A stretch of DNA of 64,000 nt from an uncultured Bacilli bacterium (lineage in GTDB: Bacteria > Bacillota_I > Bacilli_A > RF39 > UBA660): NCBI GenBank assembly GCA_947632205.1, contig CANROK010000001.1:4682-68681 (forward strand), read 5' to 3'. Positions 41,682 to 51,771 of this stretch are shown here, piece by piece. The position numbers and the translations under genes were made by a program. Position 1 is the stretch's first letter, and the number at the start of each line of letters is the position of its first letter. The notes under the pieces are model-generated. The model had not been told where the DNA came from and did not search any database. It saw nothing but the letters and a program-made list of their open reading frames with translations.

Positions 41682-44543
41682 ATGTATATACCACTTAAAG
41701 TTACAACTGATAATTGCCTTTTAAAAAGTTTAATTAAAATAGAAGATTTAATTAATTTTTGTGTTCAAAAAGATATAAAAGTATGTGGTATATGTGATAC
41801 AAATTTATTCGGGGTAATTAAATTTTATAATTTATGTAAGAGTAATAATATTAAACCAATTGTAGGACTTGAAATAACGATAGATGGTAAAACAATATAT
41901 TTGTATGCAGAAAACATTTTAGGATATAAAAATTTACTTAAAATTCATACGATAATAACGGAAAGAGAAATAACTTTAGAGGAATTTAAACAATATAGTA
42001 ATCATATTTTAGTAATTATTCCCTATCAAAATCGTGATTTATTTGCTATTTTTAATTTTGTTAATAATATATATATAGGATATAAAACTAGTTTAGAAAG
42101 AACTAATGCTTTAATAAAAACCCAAAATGTTGTTTATATAAATGATATTAAAACATTTAATAAAGAAGATGGAGAATATTTAAAATATTTAGATATTCTA
42201 AATAATACAGAAGTTAATAATTATAGTAATTATTATTTTGATTATAATAATTTAGATGATTTTGATTTAGAAAAATTAGATGAAATAAATAATTTAATTG
42301 ATTTAGAGTTAGAAAATAATGAAAGATATATTCCTAAGTATTGTGATAATTCTTATGAATATTTAACTAATTTATGTATTAAAGGATTAAAAAGAAGATT
42401 AAATAATAATGTATCACAAATATATATAGATAGATTAAAATATGAATTAAATGTTATTAATAAAATGGGATTTGTTGATTATTTTTTAATAGTATATGAT
42501 TATGTTTTGTATGCGAAAAAAAATAATATTTTAGTAGGTCCCGGAAGAGGAAGTGCTGCTGGGTCTTTAGTTAGTTTCGTAATTGGTATTACAGATATTG
42601 ATCCCATTAAATATAATTTATTATTTGAAAGATTCTTAAATCCAGAAAGAATTAGTATGCCTGATATCGATATCGACTTTGATAATACGAAAAGAGATTT
42701 AGTTATTGACTATGTTAAAAATAAATATGGAGAGTATAATGTTTCTAGTGGTATTACTTTTTCAACTTTAAAAACAAGATTAGTATTAAGAGAGATAGGT
42801 AAAATATTAAAAGTAGATGATAATTTATTAAATAAATTTATTAAAGTATTAGATAAAGATAAAGATTTAAAAAGTAATTTAGAAAATAATGTTGTTAAAA
42901 GTTATTTAAATAATTATGAAGAGTTAAAAAATACTTATAAGATAAGTTTAAAATTAGAGGGCTTAAAGAGAAATATTAGTAAACATGCTGCTGGTATCGT
43001 TATTGCTGATCGTCCTTTGGATGATATAATACCAATGTATAAAAATAAAGATGTTTATAGTACAGGTATAACTATGGATGAACTCGAAAATCTGGGCTTA
43101 TTAAAAATGGATTTTTTGGCTTTAAAAAATTTAAGTATAATTAGTAAAATTATTAATAAAATACCTAACTTTAAATTAAATGAAATTAATTTAGAAGATA
43201 AAGAAGTTTATGAATTATTTACACGGGCTGAAACAGATGGTATCTTTCAATTTGAAACATCTTCATTTAAAAATATATTACCTAAATATAAACCAAAAAA
43301 CTTCTTAGAATTAGTTGCTTTAATTGCCTTAGGTAGACCTGGACCTTATAAAGAATTAGAAACATATATTAAAAGAAAAGAAGGATTAGAAAAAGTTACT
43401 TATTATGATGAATCATTAAAATCTATTTTAGAGGAAACTTATGGAGTTATTGTTTACCAAGAGCAAGTAATTCAAATTCTAGTTAAGATGGCTTCCTTTA
43501 GTTATGCTGAAGCTGATAATATAAGAAGAGCAATGTCTAAGAAAAAAGAAGAAGTAATTAAAAAAGAAAGAAATAATTTTTTAGAAAGAAGTATTAAAAA
43601 AGGGTATAGTAAAGAATTAGCAAATACTGTTTATGAGGCCATTTTAGAATTTGCTTATTATGGTTTTAATAAATCTCACTCAGTCGCCTATGCTTTAGTT
43701 TCTTATCAAATGGCTTATTTAAAAGTTCATTATAATGCATTATTTACTTTTGTTTTATTAGATGATGCAATAGGTAGTAGTGAACTTATTAAAAAATATT
43801 TAAATGAACTTAAACATCATAATTTATTAATCCATAAAGTTGATATAAATATATCTACTAATAATTTTATTATTCAAAATAGAGTAGTTTATTTACCATT
43901 TAAGCTTATTAAAAATTTAAAAAGTGAATTAATCGATAAAATTCTTTTGGAAAGAAATAGTAATGGTTTATTTAAAGATATATTTGATTTTTTCAGAAGA
44001 ACTTATAAATTTATTTCTAAAAATGAATATTTAATGTTAATAAATGCCTCTGTTTTAGATTGTTTTGATTATAATGTTAATGAACTAGTTACTAACTTAG
44101 ATGAATTTATTAACTATGGTAATTTGTATGATGATTTAGGAAGTATGGCTTTAATACCAAACATAAAAAGAAGTGAAGTAAGTAGTGATATTTTAAGAGA
44201 AAATGAACTAAATAGTTATGGCTTTTATATTAGTAATCATCCAGCAAGTAAATATAATAGTAAAGATATTATGAAGTTAGAAAAAATAAAAGATTACATC
44301 TTTAAAAATGTAACTTGTTATGTTATGATAGAAAATGTTAAAAAGATAAAGACGAAAAAGAATGAAGATATGGCTTTTTTAAGTTGTAGTGATGAAACAG
44401 GAAATGCTGATTTTACTCTTTTTCCAAAGAACTATAAATTATTAGATCAATTTACTAAAAATAGTTTAGTAAAAATAAAAGGGACTGTTAGTAAAAGATA
44501 CGATAAAGTAAGTATTATTATAAACAATATAGAAAGTGTGTAA
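41682..44543 (+). CDS. dnaE: DNA polymerase III alpha subunit, DnaE type (953 aa, short C-terminus)
   Basis: It has an N-terminal PHP domain, a polymerase core (GPGRGSAAGS, PDIDIDF) and an OB fold near the C-terminus. RBS GGGAGG is present. Confidence 0.9.
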   Translation: MYIPLKVTTDNCLLKSLIKIEDLINFCVQKDIKVCGICDTNLFGVIKFYNLCKSNNIKPIVGLEITIDGKTIYLYAENILGYKNLLKIHTIITEREITLEEFKQYSNHILVIIPYQNRDLFAIFNFVNNIYIGYKTSLERTNALIKTQNVVYINDIKTFNKEDGEYLKYLDILNNTEVNNYSNYYFDYNNLDDFDLEKLDEINNLIDLELENNERYIPKYCDNSYEYLTNLCIKGLKRRLNNNVSQIYIDRLKYELNVINKMGFVDYFLIVYDYVLYAKKNNILVGPGRGSAAGSLVSFVIGITDIDPIKYNLLFERFLNPERISMPDIDIDFDNTKRDLVIDYVKNKYGEYNVSSGITFSTLKTRLVLREIGKILKVDDNLLNKFIKVLDKDKDLKSNLENNVVKSYLNNYEELKNTYKISLKLEGLKRNISKHAAGIVIADRPLDDIIPMYKNKDVYSTGITMDELENLGLLKMDFLALKNLSIISKIINKIPNFKLNEINLEDKEVYELFTRAETDGIFQFETSSFKNILPKYKPKNFLELVALIALGRPGPYKELETYIKRKEGLEKVTYYDESLKSILEETYGVIVYQEQVIQILVKMASFSYAEADNIRRAMSKKKEEVIKKERNNFLERSIKKGYSKELANTVYEAILEFAYYGFNKSHSVAYALVSYQMAYLKVHYNALFTFVLLDDAIGSSELIKKYLNELKHHNLLIHKVDINISTNNFIIQNRVVYLPFKLIKNLKSELIDKILLERNSNGLFKDIFDFFRRTYKFISKNEYLMLINASVLDCFDYNVNELVTNLDEFINYGNLYDDLGSMALIPNIKRSEVSSDILRENELNSYGFYISNHPASKYNSKDIMKLEKIKDYIFKNVTCYVMIENVKKIKTKKNEDMAFLSCSDETGNADFTLFPKNYKLLDQFTKNSLVKIKGTVSKRYDKVSIIINNIESV

Positions 44544-44545
44544 GT

Positions 44546-47500
44546 ATGGAAGAAGTAAAAAGATTTTTAAGTAGTATTAATTATACATATACAGATGAAT
44601 TTTCTAATACTGAAATAGAAAAAGTAGTATTAAATAGAGAAAAACAATTATATACTGTTTATTTAAAAAGTAAAAATGTCATTGCTTATGATTTAATATC
44701 TAATTTATTTAGATGTGCTAAAAATGGTATTAATGGTACCGATAATTGTTATATTATTATACATTATGAAAATATAAATGAAGATGATATTATTCATTAT
44801 GTAAAAGAAATATTAGGATCTATTATTTTTGAACATCCTTCCCTTACTGGTTTAGAAAAATGTTTTAAAGAACTTAATCAACATGTTATTAATTTAGAAG
44901 TTGGTAATGAGGCAGAAAAGAAAACATTAAAAAGATTTGAAAAAAAATTAATTCAAGAATTAGAAAATTATGGCATTGGGACATTTGCAGTTAATATTCT
45001 AGTTAATGAAAATTTAAATACAGAAATAAAGAAAGAAATAGAAACATCTAAAGAAGTAGTTTTAGAGAAAAAAGAAGAAAGTCCTGTTTGTTTTGGTATC
45101 CATAAAGATGGAGAAGTTACTTTAATTAAAAATATTATTAGTGAAGTAAAAGGCATAATTATTGAGGGCTATATTTTTGGCGTTGATACTAGTGAAAGAA
45201 AATTTACTAGTGCTAAAACAGGAAGAAGTGGCACAACTTATATTGTCAATTTAAAAGTTAGTGATAAAACGGATAGTTTCTTAGTTAAATTTGTTAGATT
45301 TAATGAAAAAGAATATAAAGCCATATGTCGTGGTTCTAAAGAAGGTAATTGGGTTAGAATTTATGGCGATGTAGAAATGGATAATTATGCTAGACAAATG
45401 GTTATTAATGGTAAGGGTTTAGAAATTATTCCTAGTAAAGATTTAGCAATTAAAGATGAAGAAGAAGAAAAAAGATTTGAATTACATGCTCATACCATGA
45501 TGAGTGCCATGGACGGAGTAATTGATGCTAAAAAATTAGTTAAGTTTGCCAAAAAATTAGGCCATAAAGGTGTAACTGTTACTGACCATGATTGTTTGCA
45601 ATCTTATCCTGATTTGTATCATGCTGTATGTGATATCAATAAAGGAATAGAAAATGAAGAAGATAAGTTTAAAGTTATATATGGTGCTGAGATGAGTATT
45701 GTTAATAATGATAATGAACTCATATTTAATTTAAAAGATTATGATTTATTAAATACTGAATTTGTTGTATTTGATACAGAAACTACGGGCTTTACACCAT
45801 ATAATGATCAAATGATTGAAATTGGAGCCGTTAAAATAAAAAATGGAGTAGTTACAGATAGATTTGATGAACTTATCAATCCTAATCGAAAATTACCACA
45901 AAAAATAGTTGATTTAACTTGTATAACAGATGAAATGTTACAAGATAAAGATAGTGAAGAAAATGTTGTTAAGAGATTTAAAGAGTTTATTAAAGATATG
46001 CCAATGGTAGCCCATAATGCTAAATTTGATATTGGTTTTATGACTGCTGCTTATAATAAATATAATTTAGGCGAGTTTACTAACACTGTAATTGATACGA
46101 TGGGTATGGCAAGAATGCTTTATCCCGAGTGGAAAAACCATAAGTTATCAACACTTGTTAAGAATTTAGAAGTCCCTTGGGATGAAAATTTACACCATCG
46201 TGGTGATTATGATAGTGAAGGTACTGCGATTGCTTTTTATAAAATGTGTAAAGTTTTATCTAATCGTAATATTGAAACGACAACTAAACTTCATGATTCC
46301 ATTGATGAACAAGCATTACTTAAATTTTCAAGACCTTTTCATATGTGTGTTTTAGTTCAAAATAAAGTTGGTTTAAAAAATTTATTTAAATTAATAAGTT
46401 TTGCTAATACTAAATATCTATTTAAAGGTGATCAAGCTAAACTTCCTCGTAATGAACTTAATCTCCATAGGGAGGGCTTATTATTTGGGTCTGGCTGTGT
46501 TAATGGGGAAATATTTAATGCGGCCTTTACTAAAGAAGATGAAGAACTTGCCAAAATGATGCAATATTATGATTATATTGAAGTCCAACCACCAGAGGTT
46601 TATTCCTTTTTAGTGGGAATGGATGATAGTCCTGTTAAAAGTTTAATGGATATATATACACATATTAAAAGAATTGTCAAAGTAGCTGAAGAAGCTGGGG
46701 TATTAGTTTGTGCTACTAGTGATGCTCATCATTTAACAAGAGAAGATAAAATATATCGTGATATTATTGTTAATCAAAGATTTAATGGTAAATTACATCC
46801 TTTAAATAGAAGTGGAATAGTTGTACCAGATATGCATTTTTATACGACAAAAGAAATGCTTGATGCTTTTTCTTTCTTAGGAGAAGAAAAAGCTAAAGAA
46901 ATAGTAGTAACTAATCCAAATATTATTGCATCTAAATGTGAAATAGTTGAAGTTATTATTGAAACGGGTGGTGTTCCTTTTTCACCAAGAATTGAAAATT
47001 CAAAAGAAATAGTTAAAGATATGGTTTATACTAGAGCCAAAGAATGGTATGGTGATCCAATCCCCGAAAATATTAGTGATCGTATTGAACAAGAATTAAA
47101 AGGTATCATTGGTGGTGGCTTTGACGTTATTTATTTAATTGCCCAAAAACTAGTAAAAAAAAGTAATGATGATGGTTTCTTAGTTGGATCCCGTGGTTCA
47201 GTTGGTTCATCTTTTGTTGCGACGATGATGGGTATAACGGAAGTTAATCCTCTTCCAAGTCATTATCGTTGTCCAAAGTGTAAATATAGTATTTTTAAAA
47301 ATGATAAGGGTGAAGATTTAGCCATTGAATATGGTATTGGTTTTGATTTACCAGATAAAGATTGTCCAAAATGTGGGACAAAAATGATTAAAGATGGTGA
47401 AGATATGCCATTTGCTACTTTCCTTGGTTTTAATGCTGATAAAGTACCAGATATTGATCTTAACTTTTCCGATTTAAATCAAGCTGCTGCTCATGAATAT

Positions 47501-48889
47501 ACAAAAGTATTATTTGGAGTAGATAATGTATATAGGGCCGGAACAATTGGAACAGTAGCAGATAAAACAGCTTATGGTTTTGTTAAATATTATTGTGAAG
47601 ATAAAAATATTACGATGCGTAATATTGAAATCGAAAGGTTAGCTCAAGGATGTGTTGGTGTAAAAAGAACAACTGGTCAACATCCTGGTGGTATCGTTGT
47701 TATTCCTGGTTATATGGATGTTTATGATTTTACTCCATATCAATATCCAGCTGAAGATGTTGATGCCAACTGGCGAACTACTCATTTTGATTACCATGCG
47801 ATTGATCAAGATGTATTAAAATTAGATATCTTAGGTCATACTGATCCAACTCAACTTAGAATGTTACAAGATTTAACGGGAATTGATGTTAAAACAGTGC
47901 CCTTTGATGATAAAGAAACAATGGGATTATTCTTATCCCCAGAACCCCTTGGCGTAACAAAAGAACAAATAATGAATGATACTGGTACTCTTGGAGTTCC
48001 GGAATTTGGAACTAACTTTACAATTGGTATGCTTAAAGATACAAAACCAACAACCTTTGCGGAACTTATTAAAATATCAGGACTTTCTCATGGTACTGAT
48101 GTATGGCTTGGTAATGCCCAAGAACTTATTAAAAATAATATTGTTCCTTTTAAAGAAGTTATTGGTTGTCGTGATGATATTATGGTTCATTTAATTCAAT
48201 GTGGTATGGAACCAATAAAAGCGTTTAAAATTATGGAGTTTGTTCGTAAAGGTAAAGCTAGTAAAGAACCAGATGCTTGGGTACAACATAAAAAGACTAT
48301 GGAAGATGCTGGTATACCTGATTGGTATATTGAATCTTGTGGAAAAATTAAATACATGTTTCCAAAAGCCCATGCAGCTGCCTATGTTATGAGTGCTTTT
48401 CGTATTGCTTATTTTAAAGTTCATTATCCTGCTGAATATTATGCTTCCTATTTTTCAACAAGATTTGATATTTTTGAAGTAGAAACAATGATTAATGGAT
48501 ATGATGCAATTAAAGCAAGAATGACAGATATCATAAGTAAAGGTGATGAAGCTACAAGTAGAGAAAAAGAATTATTAGAAACTTTAAAATTGGCCTTAGA
48601 AGCAACGGCCAGAGGATTCAAATTTGGCAATATTGATATTAAGAAAAGTGATGCTAAAAATTTCGTTATAGATGAAGATAAAAAAACACTTATTCATCCA
48701 TTTAGAGCATTAGAAGGTCTAGGTGGAGCAGTTGCTAAACAAATCGTTGATGAAAGAGAAAAGAAAGAATATTTTTGTGTAGAAGATTTTCAAGAGAGAG
48801 GTAAAGTTAATGTTACATCTATGGAAAAATTACGTAACCTAGGAGTATTTAATAATTTACCAGAATCAGCTCAATTAAGTTTATTTTAG
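44546..48889 (+). CDS. polC: PolC-type DNA polymerase III
   Basis: It has a DEDDh exonuclease motif (FVVFDTETTGF), a PHP motif (HAHTMMSAMDG), a Zn-finger (CPKC...CPKC) and a polymerase core. The length is 1447 aa. It starts 2 nt after the dnaE stop. Confidence 0.95.
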   Translation: MEEVKRFLSSINYTYTDEFSNTEIEKVVLNREKQLYTVYLKSKNVIAYDLISNLFRCAKNGINGTDNCYIIIHYENINEDDIIHYVKEILGSIIFEHPSLTGLEKCFKELNQHVINLEVGNEAEKKTLKRFEKKLIQELENYGIGTFAVNILVNENLNTEIKKEIETSKEVVLEKKEESPVCFGIHKDGEVTLIKNIISEVKGIIIEGYIFGVDTSERKFTSAKTGRSGTTYIVNLKVSDKTDSFLVKFVRFNEKEYKAICRGSKEGNWVRIYGDVEMDNYARQMVINGKGLEIIPSKDLAIKDEEEEKRFELHAHTMMSAMDGVIDAKKLVKFAKKLGHKGVTVTDHDCLQSYPDLYHAVCDINKGIENEEDKFKVIYGAEMSIVNNDNELIFNLKDYDLLNTEFVVFDTETTGFTPYNDQMIEIGAVKIKNGVVTDRFDELINPNRKLPQKIVDLTCITDEMLQDKDSEENVVKRFKEFIKDMPMVAHNAKFDIGFMTAAYNKYNLGEFTNTVIDTMGMARMLYPEWKNHKLSTLVKNLEVPWDENLHHRGDYDSEGTAIAFYKMCKVLSNRNIETTTKLHDSIDEQALLKFSRPFHMCVLVQNKVGLKNLFKLISFANTKYLFKGDQAKLPRNELNLHREGLLFGSGCVNGEIFNAAFTKEDEELAKMMQYYDYIEVQPPEVYSFLVGMDDSPVKSLMDIYTHIKRIVKVAEEAGVLVCATSDAHHLTREDKIYRDIIVNQRFNGKLHPLNRSGIVVPDMHFYTTKEMLDAFSFLGEEKAKEIVVTNPNIIASKCEIVEVIIETGGVPFSPRIENSKEIVKDMVYTRAKEWYGDPIPENISDRIEQELKGIIGGGFDVIYLIAQKLVKKSNDDGFLVGSRGSVGSSFVATMMGITEVNPLPSHYRCPKCKYSIFKNDKGEDLAIEYGIGFDLPDKDCPKCGTKMIKDGEDMPFATFLGFNADKVPDIDLNFSDLNQAAAHEYTKVLFGVDNVYRAGTIGTVADKTAYGFVKYYCEDKNITMRNIEIERLAQGCVGVKRTTGQHPGGIVVIPGYMDVYDFTPYQYPAEDVDANWRTTHFDYHAIDQDVLKLDILGHTDPTQLRMLQDLTGIDVKTVPFDDKETMGLFLSPEPLGVTKEQIMNDTGTLGVPEFGTNFTIGMLKDTKPTTFAELIKISGLSHGTDVWLGNAQELIKNNIVPFKEVIGCRDDIMVHLIQCGMEPIKAFKIMEFVRKGKASKEPDAWVQHKKTMEDAGIPDWYIESCGKIKYMFPKAHAAAYVMSAFRIAYFKVHYPAEYYASYFSTRFDIFEVETMINGYDAIKARMTDIISKGDEATSREKELLETLKLALEATARGFKFGNIDIKKSDAKNFVIDEDKKTLIHPFRALEGLGGAVAKQIVDEREKKEYFCVEDFQERGKVNVTSMEKLRNLGVFNNLPESAQLSLF

Positions 48890-48890
48890 G

Positions 48891-48915
48891 AAGGTCATAT
48901 TGACCTTTTTTCTTT
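48891..48915 (+). terminator. intrinsic terminator aggtca-tat-tgacct + T-run
   Basis: The hairpin is followed by TTTTTT right after polC. Confidence 0.6.
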
Positions 48916-49034
48916 TTTTAAGTCAAATTATTTTTCAACTTTTTTTATTTTTATGGTTATTTTATTTTACAATTACTAAGTTAATTTAATCTGCAAATCT
49001 ATACTTGATTTCACACATTTCAAATTAAAAATTA

Positions 49035-49062
49035 TTGACACTCGGGGGGGGTATTATATAAT
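49035..49062 (+). promoter_or_regulatory. consensus promoter TTGACA-16-TATAAT with a G8 homopolymer in the spacer
   Basis: The sequence TTGACActcGGGGGGGGtattaTATAAT is identical to 63534..63561. The ATG lies 28 nt downstream of the -10, with RBS AAAGAGGAAAA. Confidence 0.6.
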
Positions 49063-49089
49063 TAAAATATATAAAATAAAGAGGAAAAT

Positions 49090-51588
49090 ATGTATAATAA
49101 GAGATATAAGAAAAGTAATAAAAAGATATATGGAATGTGTACGATAATAGTATTGCTAATATATACAATATCAATATGTTATTCAACATTACAACAACAA
49201 CTAGAAATAAATGGCTTAGTAAAAGTAAGAAGACAAGAGAATATAAGAGTAACAGGAGTAGAAGTAGAAAGTAGTACAAAAGCCACATCAAATTGGGAAG
49301 AATATGATGTAAAGAATGTAAGTGCAGGAATAACTTTACCAAATGCAGAATCAAGTATAACATATAAAGTAAAAGTAACAAACTTTGGAAATGTTGATAT
49401 GGGAATATATAATATCGATGGATTAGATAATAGATTAACATATACAATAGAAGGATATGAATTAAAAGATAAAATAGAAAAAAGCGGAAATAAAAGAGAA
49501 TTTAAAATAACAATTAAATATAAAGATGGAAGTTATGATGCAAGTAATACTGATTATAATATCTTATTAAATTTTGAATTTAGAGCATATTATAAAGTAA
49601 CATATAAGAATTTTCCAAGTGGAACAGATAATTTACCAAAAGAAGTAATGGAAAGAGACAAATTAATTGTAGATTTAAAAGATTATCAAAATGCAAGATA
49701 TAAGATAACAGAAAATGAAATAACTTTACCAAGTGATAGATATACATATATCAATAATGAATTAACAATATCATCAGTTGAAGGAGATATAGAGATAACA
49801 TATAAGAAGATACCAGATATAGAATTAGTATTAAGGGATAATGATAGTAATAAAACATTAAGTGAAGATATCCAAGCAGGGATGTATAGATATCAAGGAT
49901 CATATGAACAAGTTAAAAATAACTATATATGTTTTGGAACAAGTAGCAAAGATGAATGTTTAAACAATAAAGATAAGTATATGTACCGAATAATAGGAAT
50001 AACAGAAGATGGACAATTAGAACTAATCAAAATGACAGCATTAAATGATACAGGAGTACAATGGAATAGTGTAGATCAAAGTACATGGAATACAGATGTA
50101 AATAAAAATGAAAAAATAGTTGATGCTGATGTACCATGGAGTAAAAGTGATTTATATAAAAGACTAAATGGCTTATCAGATGATAACATATTTATAAATA
50201 GTACTAGTTATGATTATATGCAAAAAGATTCAATATGGTATAACAAAATAGCTGATACAAATTGGTTAAGTGGCCAAATTTATACAACTGGACAAGTTAG
50301 TTATGTTGATTTGTTTAAACTACCAACGATATATGAAATAGAATCTGGGCAAAATAAATCTGCTTATGCTGAAGAAGCAAGTCCATATTACTATAATGGT
50401 GGAAATACAAATATAGTAGTTAATACAGAGCCATACATGACAAGAAGAACTAAAGATAGTGTAACTTGTGAAAGATATGATGAGATAAGTAAAGTAACAT
50501 GCTATAAAAACATTAATGAAAAATTTAATGATAAAGTAACATCAAAAATTGGCTTAATGCATGCATATGAATTTGATTATTCAGTAGAAAAGAATGGAAA
50601 AGATTGCTTAAGAAGTACAATATGGAATGGTAATGAACAAACAGGAACATATAAAGATGGATTGGATGGCGAAAAATGTAAAGCAAGTTGGATGCATATA
50701 AGTAATAATGATACAACAGTTACTGGTTATGCTGTGCATGAATGGACTATGTCTCGAGCTGGATTTATTTATGCAAACGACCATTTCGATGACTGGTACA
50801 TTCGTTCAAAGGGATATGTAAATAGTTGGGATGTTAGGGTTGGAACCCTTTCTACTCGTCCAGTATTCTACTTAACAACTGATATTATCTTAAAAGAAGA
50901 AACAACAGGAACAAAAGATAATCCGTATATTATAGATATGTATGAAATGAATGGTTATATTGATGATTTAAGTGGAAATAATAATTATGGAATAGCTAAT
51001 GTTGCTTCTTGGGATAGTGATGGTATAACTACTAGTGATAAACAAACGAGAGGTTTTATAAATTGTGGACTTGAAAATCATGATTTTGAAAATACCATAA
51101 CAATGATAACAAGAGTAAAATTTAATGATTTAGTTTCCGGACAATATTATTTTGGCAATTGGCAAGGTGCTGGTGGTGGATTATATTTATCTAATTCTTC
51201 TTTAAAATTTGAACAACATATAGGTGGTCATTACGAAAAAGTAGAAAGTAACTATAATATTAGTTTAAATACATACTATACAATTGTTGGTGTTTATAAT
51301 GGTAGTGAAATGAGTATATATATTGATGGGCAAAAAATAGGAAGTAGCGTAAATGGTAATATAAAACCTTGTAATATGCCAATATTATTAGGTGCAAATC
51401 CAGAAGTCAATATGCCGTATTATAACTATTCTTATACCACTTTTACAGATGCTTTAATATTTGATACAGCATTAAGTGATGCAGAAATACAAAAAGATTT
51501 TAGTAATGAAATAGATAAAGATAATGTAATAAAAAACTATGTTAACAACCAAGATAAAAAATTACTACTTTATTATAGATTTGTATAA
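49090..51588 (+). CDS. large secreted/surface protein (832 aa): basic N-terminus + signal-anchor helix, conserved beta-rich N-domain, C-terminal LamG/concanavalin-like domain
   Basis: The first ~140 aa and the 5' UTR are paralogous to 63589..64000. The C-terminal ~200 aa resemble Laminin_G_3-type lectin folds by recollection. The composition is secreted-type (N/T/Y/G-rich). Confidence 0.55.
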   Translation: MYNKRYKKSNKKIYGMCTIIVLLIYTISICYSTLQQQLEINGLVKVRRQENIRVTGVEVESSTKATSNWEEYDVKNVSAGITLPNAESSITYKVKVTNFGNVDMGIYNIDGLDNRLTYTIEGYELKDKIEKSGNKREFKITIKYKDGSYDASNTDYNILLNFEFRAYYKVTYKNFPSGTDNLPKEVMERDKLIVDLKDYQNARYKITENEITLPSDRYTYINNELTISSVEGDIEITYKKIPDIELVLRDNDSNKTLSEDIQAGMYRYQGSYEQVKNNYICFGTSSKDECLNNKDKYMYRIIGITEDGQLELIKMTALNDTGVQWNSVDQSTWNTDVNKNEKIVDADVPWSKSDLYKRLNGLSDDNIFINSTSYDYMQKDSIWYNKIADTNWLSGQIYTTGQVSYVDLFKLPTIYEIESGQNKSAYAEEASPYYYNGGNTNIVVNTEPYMTRRTKDSVTCERYDEISKVTCYKNINEKFNDKVTSKIGLMHAYEFDYSVEKNGKDCLRSTIWNGNEQTGTYKDGLDGEKCKASWMHISNNDTTVTGYAVHEWTMSRAGFIYANDHFDDWYIRSKGYVNSWDVRVGTLSTRPVFYLTTDIILKEETTGTKDNPYIIDMYEMNGYIDDLSGNNNYGIANVASWDSDGITTSDKQTRGFINCGLENHDFENTITMITRVKFNDLVSGQYYFGNWQGAGGGLYLSNSSLKFEQHIGGHYEKVESNYNISLNTYYTIVGVYNGSEMSIYIDGQKIGSSVNGNIKPCNMPILLGANPEVNMPYYNYSYTTFTDALIFDTALSDAEIQKDFSNEIDKDNVIKNYVNNQDKKLLLYYRFV

Positions 51589-51771
51589 AAGATAGTATTT
51601 CTAAGATTAAAAATATTGTTGGTAACTATTTAGTTATCAACATTTTTTAAATATAAATAATATATCAAAAATAAAATATTTTTTAATATTTTAATAAAGA
51701 TAAGGGCTTTAAAAATATCTTGTTAATAATTAAAATAAACATTATAATATACATGAAAGGAGAATTCTATA

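Noticed and set aside
49025-49447. 140-aa minus-strand ORF, and its look-alike at 63485..63961
   Set aside because: Both lie antisense to the paralogous surface-protein genes. They resemble each other only because the sense genes are duplicated. Their translations are low-complexity L/Y/F repeats, and they have no RBS. They are shadow ORFs.
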